The notes under the pieces were generated by a model. The model worked only from the letters and a program-made list of their open reading frames with translations, was not told where the DNA came from and ran no database searches. Positions 18,822-27,998 of a DNA stretch of 64,000 bases are shown here, one piece after another. The stretch's first letter is position 1. Each line of letters opens with the position of its first letter. Location: contig JAJUJL010000008.1 of NCBI GenBank assembly GCA_029265355.1, positions 96,758 through 160,757 of the forward strand. Reading direction: 5' to 3'. Position numbers and translations under genes: made by a program. Origin of the DNA: Chloroflexota bacterium. GTDB lineage: Bacteria; Chloroflexota; Anaerolineae; Anaerolineales; UBA4823.

Positions 18822-20261
18822 ATGGCATTGCCGCAGGCGCCTAAACTATTGATCACCCCCGAAGATAGCTGGCAGGGACTGCGCCTGCTGCCCCTGCCCT
18901 ACAGCAGCAGCGATTTCGCCCCCGGGAAGAAGCCCGGAGATACCATGCTGGACAGCACCCAACCCGGCGGGGCGTCGCTGCTGGTTTCACTGGGTCCTGC
19001 AGAAGAGATAACGCTGGAGACGCTGCGCCGGGCGGGCGGCCAGGCCGCTCGCTGGCTGCTGGAACATGAACACGCGCAGGTTGGGCTGCCAGTCGCCATG
19101 CTGGATGCCCTGGAAATCCCCGGGGCCTTGGAAGCCTTCTGCACCGGTCTGGTTCTGGGCGCATACCGCTTCGACCACTACCGCGCGAAGCCGCCTGAGA
19201 ATCAGGCGCTGCGGCCCCTTCAGGCAATCCATCTGCTTCACTCTGGTGATGGCGGCGACCTGGCTTTGCAGGCTAGCCGCTGGCAGGCGGATTTGAGCGG
19301 TGTTTACCTGGCTCGCTCCATAGCCCACGAACCGCCCAACGTGATCAACCCCGCCAGCCTGGCGCAGCGCGCCAGCGAGATTGCGCAGGCCTCGGGGCTG
19401 AGCTTTCGAGTGCTGGATGCCGCCGATCTGCAGGCGCTGGGAGCTGGGGCGCTGCTGGCGGTCGGGCAAGGCAGCCAGGGCGGGGCGCGCCTGATCGTGC
19501 TGGAATACCCGGGCTCTGGGGCAGGCCTCGGCCAGCCGCCGGTGATCGTGGTGGGCAAGGCGATCACCTTTGATACAGGCGGCTATTCCATCAAAGATCG
19601 AGTCAATATGGTTGGTATGAAGTACGACAAAGCCGGCGGCGCGGCGGTGCTGGGCATTTTGCAGGCCGCGGCCGAGATGCGCCTTTCCACGCCGTTGGTT
19701 GGATTGATCCCTGCCGCCGAAAACATGATCTCGGCTGATGCTTACCGTCCCAACGATATTCTCACCACCCTTTCCGGGAAAACCGTCGAAGTGATCAGCG
19801 CCGACGCAGAAGGCCGCCTGGTGCTTGCCGATGCATTGACCTACGCCCAGCGCCAATACCAACCGCGAGCGATCATCGACCTGGCAACGCTGACCGGCGG
19901 TGTGGTCATCGCACTGGGCAAGGTGCGCGCCGGCTTGATGTCCAACGATGACGCCCTGGCGCAGAGCCTCTTCGAGGCCGGCGAGCGCAGCGGCGAACGG
20001 TTGTGGCGCTTGCCGCTGGATGACGATTACTTCGAGCTGATCAAGGGCGACGACAGCGATTTCAAGAACTCATCCGAATTACGCCAGGCGCATCCCATCG
20101 TGGGCGGCATCTTTCTCAAACAGTTCATCGAGCCAGGCATCCCCTGGGCGCACCTGGACATCGCCGGACCGGCGACGGCGGACAAGGATCTGCCGTATTC
20201 TCCAAAGGGAGCGACTGGCTTTGGGGTGCGGCTGGTGCTGGATTACCTCAGCACCCTCTAA
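18822..20261 (+). CDS. pepA: Leucyl aminopeptidase, M17 family
   Basis: VGKAITFDTGGYSIK, MKYDKAGGAAV, SADAEGRLVLADAL. Starts 3 nt after the glyQS stop; an internal ATG (MLDST) is an alternative start. Confidence 0.9.
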   Translation: MALPQAPKLLITPEDSWQGLRLLPLPYSSSDFAPGKKPGDTMLDSTQPGGASLLVSLGPAEEITLETLRRAGGQAARWLLEHEHAQVGLPVAMLDALEIPGALEAFCTGLVLGAYRFDHYRAKPPENQALRPLQAIHLLHSGDGGDLALQASRWQADLSGVYLARSIAHEPPNVINPASLAQRASEIAQASGLSFRVLDAADLQALGAGALLAVGQGSQGGARLIVLEYPGSGAGLGQPPVIVVGKAITFDTGGYSIKDRVNMVGMKYDKAGGAAVLGILQAAAEMRLSTPLVGLIPAAENMISADAYRPNDILTTLSGKTVEVISADAEGRLVLADALTYAQRQYQPRAIIDLATLTGGVVIALGKVRAGLMSNDDALAQSLFEAGERSGERLWRLPLDDDYFELIKGDDSDFKNSSELRQAHPIVGGIFLKQFIEPGIPWAHLDIAGPATADKDLPYSPKGATGFGVRLVLDYLSTL

Positions 20262-20295
20262 ACCGGAAGCGCCTGCTTGCCCTTCGGGCCGGCGT

Positions 20296-21507
20296 TCAGC
20301 GGGTCAGAACAAAGATTCCCAACACAATCGCGCCAGCCAGGATCAGGCTGATCCAGCCCAGTTTCAGGCGTCCAGGCTTACTGCACGCATAGGCAGAGAC
20401 GCCCAGCAGCAGCGGGAGCGACAGGCCGAAAGGCCATCCGCTGGGGGTAGCCAGCAAGTAGAAGGAAAAGGGCAAACCCAGCAATAAACCGGCGATGCCA
20501 AACGGCAGGCTGCGCTTGAGCAGTCCCAGGGTGGCCAGTACCAGCCCCAGCGCGATGCCCGCCCAGCCAAACAGCAGGATGATCAAAAATTCCAGCCCTC
20601 CCCATCCGGAGCCGCCGCCAGTTTGCGCGGCCGGCAGCCGCCCACCTTGCATCGGCGCCAGCGACTCGGCGATGCGCACCATCTCGTCTTTGGGCAGGTT
20701 GGAAAGCATCTGCAGGCGGATCTCGCCCATATCCCAGACCAGTAGATTGGTGTGGGTGTAGTCATATTCGATAACGATTGAGATCGCTGGTATCTTCTCC
20801 TGCAGCTCCTGGGCGCTGCGGGCGAAATCTTCAACGAAGACCGCCGTGCTGCCGTTCAAAACCAGGTGTTCACCCTGTGGGAGCGCCTCCAGGGGCGTAC
20901 CCGCGCTCTGCGCCAGGTCCACGAACTTTTCCTGGTTGTTGTAGCCCAGCGTGATCGTCTCCTTGTCCAGCGCGCTGCTGCCACCCATGCCGCTCAACTG
21001 AAAGCCCTCCGGTAGGTAGGTGGCATGGTAGGGGGTAAAGGCGCTGAAGCCGCCAATCTCAGCTTGGCTTTGTCCGTCCGGGGAGCTGAAGTTGAACCAG
21101 CCTCCGGCGATCTGCTGGATCTGCGCCTGCATCTGGGCGCGCGCCGCTGGGGTGAGCGTGAACAGCGCCAGAAAAACCAGGAATGCCGCTGCTGCAAACT
21201 GCCAGCCGCTGAGCGGCAGCCCGAAAAAAGGGGGGCGCAACGCCGACAGGAAGCCGTTCGACCTGGAAACCGGCTCTTTATCCAGCCGGGCTTGCAGCGC
21301 CTGCCAGCCGGAGGCGGGCGCCGCCACCCGCTCGGCGCGCTGCTGGATGTGCCGGCGGACCCGGCTTTCCAGGCTCTCCATGCTCTCCAGCTTAGCCGTG
21401 CATTCCAGACAGGCGGACAGGTGAGCAGTGATCAGGCGCTTCTCGGAGGGGGTAACCTCTCCGTGAATGTACGACAGCAGTCGTCCGTTTACTTCTTTGC
21501 AGTTCAT
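20296..21507 (-). CDS. Anti-sigma factor (zf-HC2 ZAS domain), with extracytoplasmic domain and four extra C-terminal TM helices
   Basis: MNCKEVNGRLLSYIHGEVTPSEKRLITAHLSACLECTAKL. Central TM helix, about 170 aa of extracytoplasmic region, then a 4-TM tail. ATGA overlap with the sigma gene. Confidence 0.85.
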   Translation of the reverse strand: MNCKEVNGRLLSYIHGEVTPSEKRLITAHLSACLECTAKLESMESLESRVRRHIQQRAERVAAPASGWQALQARLDKEPVSRSNGFLSALRPPFFGLPLSGWQFAAAAFLVFLALFTLTPAARAQMQAQIQQIAGGWFNFSSPDGQSQAEIGGFSAFTPYHATYLPEGFQLSGMGGSSALDKETITLGYNNQEKFVDLAQSAGTPLEALPQGEHLVLNGSTAVFVEDFARSAQELQEKIPAISIVIEYDYTHTNLLVWDMGEIRLQMLSNLPKDEMVRIAESLAPMQGGRLPAAQTGGGSGWGGLEFLIILLFGWAGIALGLVLATLGLLKRSLPFGIAGLLLGLPFSFYLLATPSGWPFGLSLPLLLGVSAYACSKPGRLKLGWISLILAGAIVLGIFVLTR

Positions 21508-22082
21508 TCGCTTACCTCTTCTTCCAGGCCAAAATTCTCGCCCGGCTGTTTTGCCGCCTGCAGAGCGCGGCGCAGATTTTGCAGCGCCTGGTTCAAGCGA
21601 GATTGGACTGTTCCGAGCGGAATTTCCAGCACCTCGGCCATCTCGGCGTAAGAGAGATCCAGGAAATAGCGCAGCACAACGACCACCCGCAGCTTCTCGC
21701 TCAAATGCTCTAACGCCCGCTGGAGCTGCAGGTTTTCTGAAATTTCACCTTCCAGATCGATCGGGCTGGCGATTGACTCGAACTGAGCCGGAGGCAGGTG
21801 CACCAGCGGGCGGCGCGCCCGCCGCCGGTTCAGGCAGTGGTTGACTGTGATGCGGTACAGCCAGGTGCTGAAGGCGCTGCGCCGCGGGTCGTAGCTGTTC
21901 AGCGCACGGTAAGCCTGGAGGAAGGTTTCCTGCAGGGCGTCCTGGGCCTCCGCTGGATCGTCCAGCAGCAGGTAGGCTGTGCGGTACACCAGGTCTTTAT
22001 ACGCCTCATACAGGTGAGCGAAAGCCCGACTGTCGCCAGCCCGGCTGCGGCGGATCCATTGGATGTGTTCCATGTTGTTCAT
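21504..22082 (-). CDS. ECF-type RNA polymerase sigma factor (sigma-70 regions 2 and 4)
   Basis: Region 2 DPAEAQDALQETFLQAYRAL..FSTWLYRITVNHCLN. Region 4 LSYAEMAEVLEIPLGTVQSRL. ATG 22082 is taken rather than GTG 22085. Confidence 0.9.
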   Translation of the reverse strand: MNNMEHIQWIRRSRAGDSRAFAHLYEAYKDLVYRTAYLLLDDPAEAQDALQETFLQAYRALNSYDPRRSAFSTWLYRITVNHCLNRRRARRPLVHLPPAQFESIASPIDLEGEISENLQLQRALEHLSEKLRVVVVLRYFLDLSYAEMAEVLEIPLGTVQSRLNQALQNLRRALQAAKQPGENFGLEEEVSE

Positions 22083-22194
22083 CACTTAAAAATACACATC
22101 TTGAGCCTGATTTGTTCGATTAAAAAGAATGAGGGCGCCAGCGAACGGTAGTTCCACCCGCCAGCACCCCGATCAATCTGCATCAGGCAGGCGA

Positions 22195-23520
22195 TCAGGA
22201 CGGCTTTAGCTCGAAGCCCTCGATATATTGCTTGATGGCCGGGATCGCCGTCAGCTTCTCGTAGAAGAAGTTGTTGACGATGTTGATCACTTCGGCGCGC
22301 GCTGCCTCTGCCTCAGCAGTGAGCTGCTCGTTGGTCTTCTGGCGGGAGAGAGCATCCCGCAAGCGCAGCAACCGGCGCACGATTTCGGTTTCTTCCGCCC
22401 CTTCCAGGGCATTGATTACTGCCAGGATGAGCTGGTCGGTCTGGGCGAGCATCTGGTCAACGGTGATCGGCGAGTTCGGATCGGCGCAATCGTCGATGGT
22501 GCGGATCAAGGACCATACCTGGTAGAGCATGGACGCCGGTTCGTCGAACAGCTCGCGCAGGTATGCCGCTTCCTCGTAACGCCCGGTCAGGCGAAAGACG
22601 TTGTACATGCGCTTGGCAGCTTTGCCATAATTGATGTCGCGAGTGACGTATTTATTCACCTCTTTTTCGAGCTGCTTCACGTAATCATCCATAGCATCTG
22701 GCGAAATGTGCTGCGCCAGCTTGGCAAATATGGGAATCGACTCGGCTTCCAGGTAAACCTCCTGGAAATAACCATCCAGGTAGCCGTCCAGCGGCACGAT
22801 GTTGCCATCGGGCGCTTCCCAGGTGACATCCAGCATATTGCTGGCATTGGCAAGTTGCCCGCGCTCCGGATCGGTCACCACCCAATCCAGTTTGCACCAG
22901 CCCGGATCCTGCGCGGCCTGGTCCCAGGTGATCACGCTGGGAGAGCCATCTGGCAGCGTCACGTCGAACTGCTTCTTGCGCACCTCAGCAACATTCCAGG
23001 AGATGGGCGATCCAGCCGCCATGCTGCGCCCGTCGCGCTGCACGGTATACGGGTAGTTACCAAACTTGACCTCGATCAACTGGTAGCCGACGCCTCGTTC
23101 CGTCTGCATCGCTTTCTCGTGCATCAAATCCGCCAGGATCTGGCAGGCTTGCTGCCGCGTTTCGGCCCGGATATTCACGCGTTGGAAGTAATCGGCATCG
23201 CCGGGATAGGTCTGGATCTTGGATTGAGCTGCCGAACCGGAAAGCGCCAGGGCAGTTTCTACCAGGCCGGGTTTATCCGGCAGCGCCACCAGCTTACCGA
23301 TCTGGCGGAAACGTCCCAACTCCTGCGGGCTGAAGTCGAGCAGCGACACTCGGTGACCAAAGACGCCGCTGCTCGTATCCACGGCGATCTGCTCCATGCC
23401 TTGAGAAGCCGCCACTGCAGTCAACCACTGCAGGGCTTCTTCTTCATCTAGCTCTACGCCCAACCGACGGGCAGATTCGATAATGCGCTGCAACGCTTCA
23501 GAAGCCTGCGAGTCGACCAT
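22195..23520 (-). CDS. Unclassified Pol-beta-superfamily nucleotidyltransferase-like protein with helical C-terminal domain
   Basis: 441 aa. hG[GS]x(9-13)DxD signature ALSGSAAQSKIQTYPGDADYF (G95/S96, D108/D110, about 23191-23238). Later acidic strands YQLIEVKF and CKLDWVV. About 180 aa of helical C-terminus. GGGAGGG SD lies inside the end of the upstream exonuclease gene, with a 4-nt gap. Confidence 0.6.
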   Translation of the reverse strand: MVDSQASEALQRIIESARRLGVELDEEEALQWLTAVAASQGMEQIAVDTSSGVFGHRVSLLDFSPQELGRFRQIGKLVALPDKPGLVETALALSGSAAQSKIQTYPGDADYFQRVNIRAETRQQACQILADLMHEKAMQTERGVGYQLIEVKFGNYPYTVQRDGRSMAAGSPISWNVAEVRKKQFDVTLPDGSPSVITWDQAAQDPGWCKLDWVVTDPERGQLANASNMLDVTWEAPDGNIVPLDGYLDGYFQEVYLEAESIPIFAKLAQHISPDAMDDYVKQLEKEVNKYVTRDINYGKAAKRMYNVFRLTGRYEEAAYLRELFDEPASMLYQVWSLIRTIDDCADPNSPITVDQMLAQTDQLILAVINALEGAEETEIVRRLLRLRDALSRQKTNEQLTAEAEAARAEVINIVNNFFYEKLTAIPAIKQYIEGFELKPS

Positions 23521-23524
23521 GGGT

Positions 23525-24112
23525 TTACGCCCTCCCGGAAGATGAATCTGGTGTTTTTTTGCGCGCTTCTTGCATCAACTTGCGGAAAATATCCGCCTGG
23601 TCCATGGCGTCTCGCAGCGCGTGGTGAGTAAGCTGCTGGTTCCCCAGGTAACGAGGCATGATGTAGCGCATGCTGGTTTCGTTCCATCCCACACCTGCAA
23701 TGCCCATGTACAACGATTTGATATCCAGGGCGGCATGCCCAAAAGGGTTGCGCCCCAGGTAGCGGTGAAAATAATCGTTGACGAACATCCAATCGAAGGG
23801 AGCGTTGAAAGCCAAAAAAATTGGGCGCTGCCCGGGCGGCGTCTCAGCTTTCACCCAGGCTTCGAAGCGGCGCATAGCTTCCGCTGGCTCCAGCCCAGAT
23901 TCAGCCAGGCGCGCCATGGACAGATGGCTTACCCGCAGCGCTTCGGGTATGGCGTTGTTATTGACCGGCTTCAGCTCAACGTAGAACGTGCTTGTTCGTT
24001 CTGCCAGCGTGCAAGCCCCGATAGTGAGCAGGGAATACTGGCTGGGGTTTGGCCCGGCTGTTTCCACATCCACCGAAATATACGTTTCGTTTTCAGGCAA
24101 TCCAGCGTCCAT
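23525..24112 (-). CDS. DEDDh-family 3'-5' exonuclease (RNase T / DnaQ-like)
   Basis: Exo I ISVDVETAG, Exo II LAFNAPFDWMFV, Exo III HHALRDAMDQA. 195 aa. First gene of a two-gene operon. Confidence 0.8.
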   Translation of the reverse strand: MDAGLPENETYISVDVETAGPNPSQYSLLTIGACTLAERTSTFYVELKPVNNNAIPEALRVSHLSMARLAESGLEPAEAMRRFEAWVKAETPPGQRPIFLAFNAPFDWMFVNDYFHRYLGRNPFGHAALDIKSLYMGIAGVGWNETSMRYIMPRYLGNQQLTHHALRDAMDQADIFRKLMQEARKKTPDSSSGRA

Positions 24113-24119
24113 GTGCGCA

Positions 24120-24125
24120 ATTATA
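24120..24125 (-). promoter_or_regulatory. -10 box TATAAT for the exonuclease operon (implies a leaderless mRNA)
   Basis: The minus strand reads TATAAT-tgcgcac-ATG, so only 7 nt separate the box from the start codon and there is no SD. Confidence 0.35.
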
Positions 24126-24161
24126 CATTTTATGGATAGAATAGGGGATACCCCTTTACGG

Positions 24162-24167
24162 TATAAT
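24162..24167 (+). promoter_or_regulatory. -10 box TATAAT upstream of dnaG
   Basis: ACGGTATAATC lies 16 nt before ATG 24184. The same ACGGTATAATC context occurs upstream of the M23 gene. Poor -35. Confidence 0.35.
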
Positions 24168-24183
24168 CTCGACCAGAGGCGTT

Positions 24184-26121
24184 ATGTCGACGATTGACGA
24201 GGTCAAATCACGCATCGATATCGTTGACCTTGTTTCGCAAACGGTGCAACTGCGCCGCAGCGGCAAGAGTTACCTGGGATTCTGTCCTTTCCACAGCAAT
24301 ACCCGCACGCCAGCCTTTGTCGTTTTCCCCGAGTCGGGTACCTGGCGCTGTTTCGGACAGTGTAATGAAGGCGGAGATATCTTCTCCTTCGTGATGAAGA
24401 AGGAAGGTTGGGATTTCGCTGAAGCGCTGCGCTTCCTGGCAGACAAGGCAGGCGTCGAGCTGAAGCCCCCCACCCCGCAGGAGCAAGCCGCGCAGGAAGA
24501 ACACGAAAACCTGCGCCAGATCCTGGAAGACGCGGTCATCTTCTTTCGCCATCAACTGTTAAACACGCCGCAAGGGCAAGCCGCACGCCAGTATTTGCTC
24601 GGGCGAGGATTGCGCGACGAAACCCTGGAGGCGTTTGGATTGGGTTACGCTCCCCAATCCTGGGAGGCGCTCACCAGCTATTTCACCAGCAAAGGCATCG
24701 CGCCGCGCGAGCTGCTCGAGGCTGGGCTGGTAAGCGAACGAGAAAGCGGCGGCGTCTATGATCGTTTTCGGCACCGGGTGATGTTTCCCATCCGCGATGA
24801 ACGTGGCCGCATGGCCGGCTTTGGGGCGCGCATCTTAAATCCTGAAGACATGCCCAAGTTTCTCAACTCTCCGCAGACGGCGCTGTTCGATAAGGGGCGC
24901 TTGCTCTATGGGCTCGATCGCGCTCGCCGTGCCATTCGCGCTGCCGACCAAGCAGTGATCGTAGAAGGCTACCTGGACGTGATCGCACTGCACCAGGCAG
25001 GCTATGAGAACGCCGTCTCACCCATGGGCACGGCGCTCACCGAACATCACTTGCGGCTGCTGAAACGCTTCTCGCAGCGCATCGTACTGGCGTTGGACCC
25101 GGACGCGGCAGGCGACCAGGCAACGCTGCGCGGCCTGGAAGTCGCCCGCCAGGCGATGGACCGGGAGGCGGAGCTGTCTTTCGATGCCCGCGGGCTGCTG
25201 GCCCAGGAGGCGCGCCTGCAAGCTGATATTCGGGTCACAACCCTGCCCCCGGGTATGGACCCCGATGAAGTTGTAAACCGCGATGCGGCAGAATGGCAGC
25301 GCCTGGTGGCCGAAGCTCGCCCCGTAGTTATCCATGTTATGGAAACTTTAGCAACTGGCAAAAACCTGGATGACCCAAAAGTCAAGAGCGAAATCGCCGC
25401 TCAGGTGCTGCCTTTGATTGCTGACGTACCCAACCCGATCGAGCGCGATACCTACCGGCAGCGGTTAGCGCGCTTGTTGCGGGTGAGCGAAGATTCTTTA
25501 TTTGCCGCCACCCGCTCCACTCGCGCAGGTCGCTCTGGAAGTCGCGCCCGATCACCAGTTTCGGCGCCGCGCCAGGGGGAAAAGCGCACGGCGGTGGCTC
25601 AGCCAGGTTTGCTGACCAGCAGCACCTATGCCGTCGAAGCGCATGCCCTGGGCGTGTTGATGCGCCGTCCGGACTTGCTGTACCGCGTCAATCGCGCCCT
25701 GCACGAACATGGCTTGAGCAGCCTCTCCGCCGATGACTTTCAGCACGTCGATCACCAGGCAATCATCCGGCTGCTGAGTCAATCGGTGGACCAGGACAAT
25801 GCAGAACCGCTGAACTACGTGCTCAATGGCTTATCTCTGCCGATGATGGAAATTGCCGATAGCCTGTTGGCGCACACCGAGCGGCTGGATCCCAGCGATG
25901 AGCGGGTGCTGGCGGATGTGCTGCGCGCGATCCTCGACCTGCGCCAGCGAGCGGTACGCCAGTCCATGGAATACCTGCGTTTCTTGATGGAAGACGCCCA
26001 GGAACAAGGCGATTTGAAGGCCACACAATACCGCCAAACTATGGTACAACATACCCTGATCATGCAACGCTTGAACAAAGCTATGGGTTATTACACCAGT
26101 CGAGTCGTGCGCGCAAGTTAG
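24184..26121 (+). CDS. dnaG: DNA primase
   Basis: CHC2 zinc finger CPFHSNTRTPAFVVF..WRCFGQCNEGGDIFSFVMK. TOPRIM VIVEGYLDVIAL and ALDPDAAG. Confidence 0.95.
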   Translation: MSTIDEVKSRIDIVDLVSQTVQLRRSGKSYLGFCPFHSNTRTPAFVVFPESGTWRCFGQCNEGGDIFSFVMKKEGWDFAEALRFLADKAGVELKPPTPQEQAAQEEHENLRQILEDAVIFFRHQLLNTPQGQAARQYLLGRGLRDETLEAFGLGYAPQSWEALTSYFTSKGIAPRELLEAGLVSERESGGVYDRFRHRVMFPIRDERGRMAGFGARILNPEDMPKFLNSPQTALFDKGRLLYGLDRARRAIRAADQAVIVEGYLDVIALHQAGYENAVSPMGTALTEHHLRLLKRFSQRIVLALDPDAAGDQATLRGLEVARQAMDREAELSFDARGLLAQEARLQADIRVTTLPPGMDPDEVVNRDAAEWQRLVAEARPVVIHVMETLATGKNLDDPKVKSEIAAQVLPLIADVPNPIERDTYRQRLARLLRVSEDSLFAATRSTRAGRSGSRARSPVSAPRQGEKRTAVAQPGLLTSSTYAVEAHALGVLMRRPDLLYRVNRALHEHGLSSLSADDFQHVDHQAIIRLLSQSVDQDNAEPLNYVLNGLSLPMMEIADSLLAHTERLDPSDERVLADVLRAILDLRQRAVRQSMEYLRFLMEDAQEQGDLKATQYRQTMVQHTLIMQRLNKAMGYYTSRVVRAS

Positions 26122-26136
26122 AGGAAAACCGCGCTC

Positions 26137-27834
26137 ATGAAAAAGCCAAAACACCCGCGCAAAAAAGCTGCCAAGGATCAGCCCGAAAGCCTTGAATTTG
26201 ACGCTGAAAACGGGGTCGATTTTGATCCGGATTTGGCGCCAGACGCGGATGCCATCCTTGAGAATGACACCGATTTTACCGACGTGCTTCCCGACATCGA
26301 TCTCGAAGATTTGATTCCCGAGCCGGTGGAAGATCTCGAGGTGGTCGAGGAACCAGATGATGCGGAGATCACCGCCGAGTCGGATGAGTTGGAAAACCTG
26401 GCGCGTGAGGACGCCAGCGATCTGCTCGAAAACCCCAATCTGATGCTCGAGCTGAGCGAAGATCCGGTGCGGCTCTATCTCAAGGAGATCGGCGGCATAG
26501 AGCTGCTCGAAACCGATCAGGAATTTTGGCTTTCGACGCGCCTGGAAGCGGTGCGGCGGTTGGATCAATTGAGTCGCGGGCACCCGCTAACCCGGCGCAA
26601 GTCCAGCCAGCGTGAGGCGCCAGCCCCTCCCAGGAGCGTTTATCGCGCCCTGTATGATGAGCTGATCACGGCCTGGAAACGGGTGCTCGAAGACACTGAG
26701 CGCATGGGCTATAACTGCCCAGACCTGGAGCTGATCTTCAGCGAAGCGCGCATGCTGCGCGAAACCTGGAACAACCACCAGCCATCTTACTTGCACGGTT
26801 ACCTGGATAATGGTGTATGGGGTAAAGATAAACTTTGGGATGGGGTGGCGCGCAACGCCTTTACCGTGTATCTCTACCTGTATGTGATGCCCGAAAACCT
26901 GGCGCAATACTTGATGTCTTATCTTCAGGATAAGGGTAAGCTTCCCAGCGACGAAGAATTCACAAAGCAACTGCCATCGGATGAGGAATTGCAACTAGAG
27001 ATCAACGCCAGCCGCATGCGGGCAAACGAAGCGCACCATGCCATCATTCGCGCCAACCTGCGCCTGGTGGTCAGCGTCGCCAAGCGCTATATCGGACGCG
27101 GCAGCTCTTTCCTGGACTTGATTCAAGAAGGCAATATCGGCTTACTGCGCGCCGTGTCAAAATTCGATCCGACGCGCGGTTTCAAGTTCAGCACCTATGC
27201 CACATGGTGGATACGCCAATCGATCAGCCGCTCGATTGCTGACCAGGCGCGCACCATCCGCATTCCCGTGCACATTTTTGAATCCATCAATCGCTTGTTG
27301 CGCATCCAGCGCAAGCTCACTCAACAGCTTGGACGCGATCCAGCCGCCGAGGAGCTGGCAATCGAAGCCGGCTACCTGGATGAAAAAGACCAGCGCGCCA
27401 TTGCGCGTGCGCATGCCGAAGGTACACTGCCTCCGCCAGATGTGCGCCGCCGCCTGGCGCGCGCGGCCAGCAAGGTCAATCGCATTTTGCGCGCCGCTGA
27501 GGAGCCAATGTCCCTGGAAAGCCCGGTGGGCAGTGAAGACAGCAGCCAGTTGGGCGACTTTATCGAAGATGAAGACGCCCTGGAGCCGATGGACGCTGCC
27601 GCGCGCGAGATGCTGCGCGAGTCGGTGAAGAATGCTCTGGCTGTGCTCTCCGACCGGGAGCGCCAGGTGCTGGAGCTGCGCTTTGGTTTGGTGGATGGCA
27701 AAGATCATACGCTGGAAGAGGTTGGGCAGTATTTCAACGTTACCCGGGAGCGCATCCGGCAGATCGAATCGAAAGCCCTGCGCAAGCTGCGTCATCCTAC
27801 TCGCAGCCGCCAGTTGCGCGACTACCTGGGGTAA
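26137..27834 (+). CDS. rpoD: Primary RNA polymerase sigma factor (sigma-70)
   Basis: Acidic N-terminus. Region 2 [54 protein letters not shown]. Region 4 [29 protein letters not shown]. Follows dnaG as in the classical operon. Confidence 0.95.
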   Translation: MKKPKHPRKKAAKDQPESLEFDAENGVDFDPDLAPDADAILENDTDFTDVLPDIDLEDLIPEPVEDLEVVEEPDDAEITAESDELENLAREDASDLLENPNLMLELSEDPVRLYLKEIGGIELLETDQEFWLSTRLEAVRRLDQLSRGHPLTRRKSSQREAPAPPRSVYRALYDELITAWKRVLEDTERMGYNCPDLELIFSEARMLRETWNNHQPSYLHGYLDNGVWGKDKLWDGVARNAFTVYLYLYVMPENLAQYLMSYLQDKGKLPSDEEFTKQLPSDEELQLEINASRMRANEAHHAIIRANLRLVVSVAKRYIGRGSSFLDLIQEGNIGLLRAVSKFDPTRGFKFSTYATWWIRQSISRSIADQARTIRIPVHIFESINRLLRIQRKLTQQLGRDPAAEELAIEAGYLDEKDQRAIARAHAEGTLPPPDVRRRLARAASKVNRILRAAEEPMSLESPVGSEDSSQLGDFIEDEDALEPMDAAAREMLRESVKNALAVLSDRERQVLELRFGLVDGKDHTLEEVGQYFNVTRERIRQIESKALRKLRHPTRSRQLRDYLG

Positions 27835-27924
27835 CCGGTGGTAAGCTGCTCGACCGCCAATCAATAAGCATTTGTCAGCCAGCCAATCAACAAATCTCAT
27901 CAGGGTGTGTCAAGTTTGTGAAAA

Positions 27925-27953
27925 TTGACACCCAGAAATGCATGTGATAAACT
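27925..27953 (+). promoter_or_regulatory. Candidate nuo operon promoter TTGACA-17-TAAACT
   Basis: TTGACA 27925-27930, 17-nt spacer, TAAACT 27948-27953, 45 nt before nuoA. The -35 is embedded in the inverted repeat GGGTGTGTCAA..TTGACACCC (27903-27933). Confidence 0.45.
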
Positions 27954-27998
27954 AAATACCTAGGTCGAATACCCTACATCATTTGTCGAGGACGGCCC

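Noticed and set aside
17212-18828. 538-aa minus-strand ORF inside glyQS. Similar long antisense ORFs occur at 15811-16509, 29317-30372, 32484-33581, 37756-38565, 40248-40988, 12611-13372 and 18987-19862.
   Set aside because: All lie opposite genes with unambiguous conserved motifs (GlyRS, NuoD/G/L/M, GH1, PepA). Their translations are R/G/A/H/Q-rich and motif-free. These are shadow ORFs of a high-GC genome.
20262-20295. Terminator hairpin between convergent pepA and the anti-sigma gene
   Set aside because: Only a 4-bp GCCC-TTCG-GGGC stem with ambiguous extensions and no U-tract. Too weak to annotate.
22228-23451. 407-aa plus-strand ORF opposite the NTase-like gene
   Set aside because: I weighed which strand is real. 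The minus frame has a balanced composition, a GS...DxD motif, an SD and tight coupling to the exonuclease gene. The plus frame is L/R/G/H-rich, has no motif, and would collide with dnaG-side regulation.
22195-24112. Calling the exonuclease+NTase pair a CBASS system
   Set aside because: There is no recognisable effector (phospholipase, endonuclease, TM, TIR, etc.) and no Cap2/Cap3 or HORMA/TRIP13 genes. The NTase lacks features I can confidently tie to CD-NTases. It is reported only as an unclassified NTase-nuclease module.
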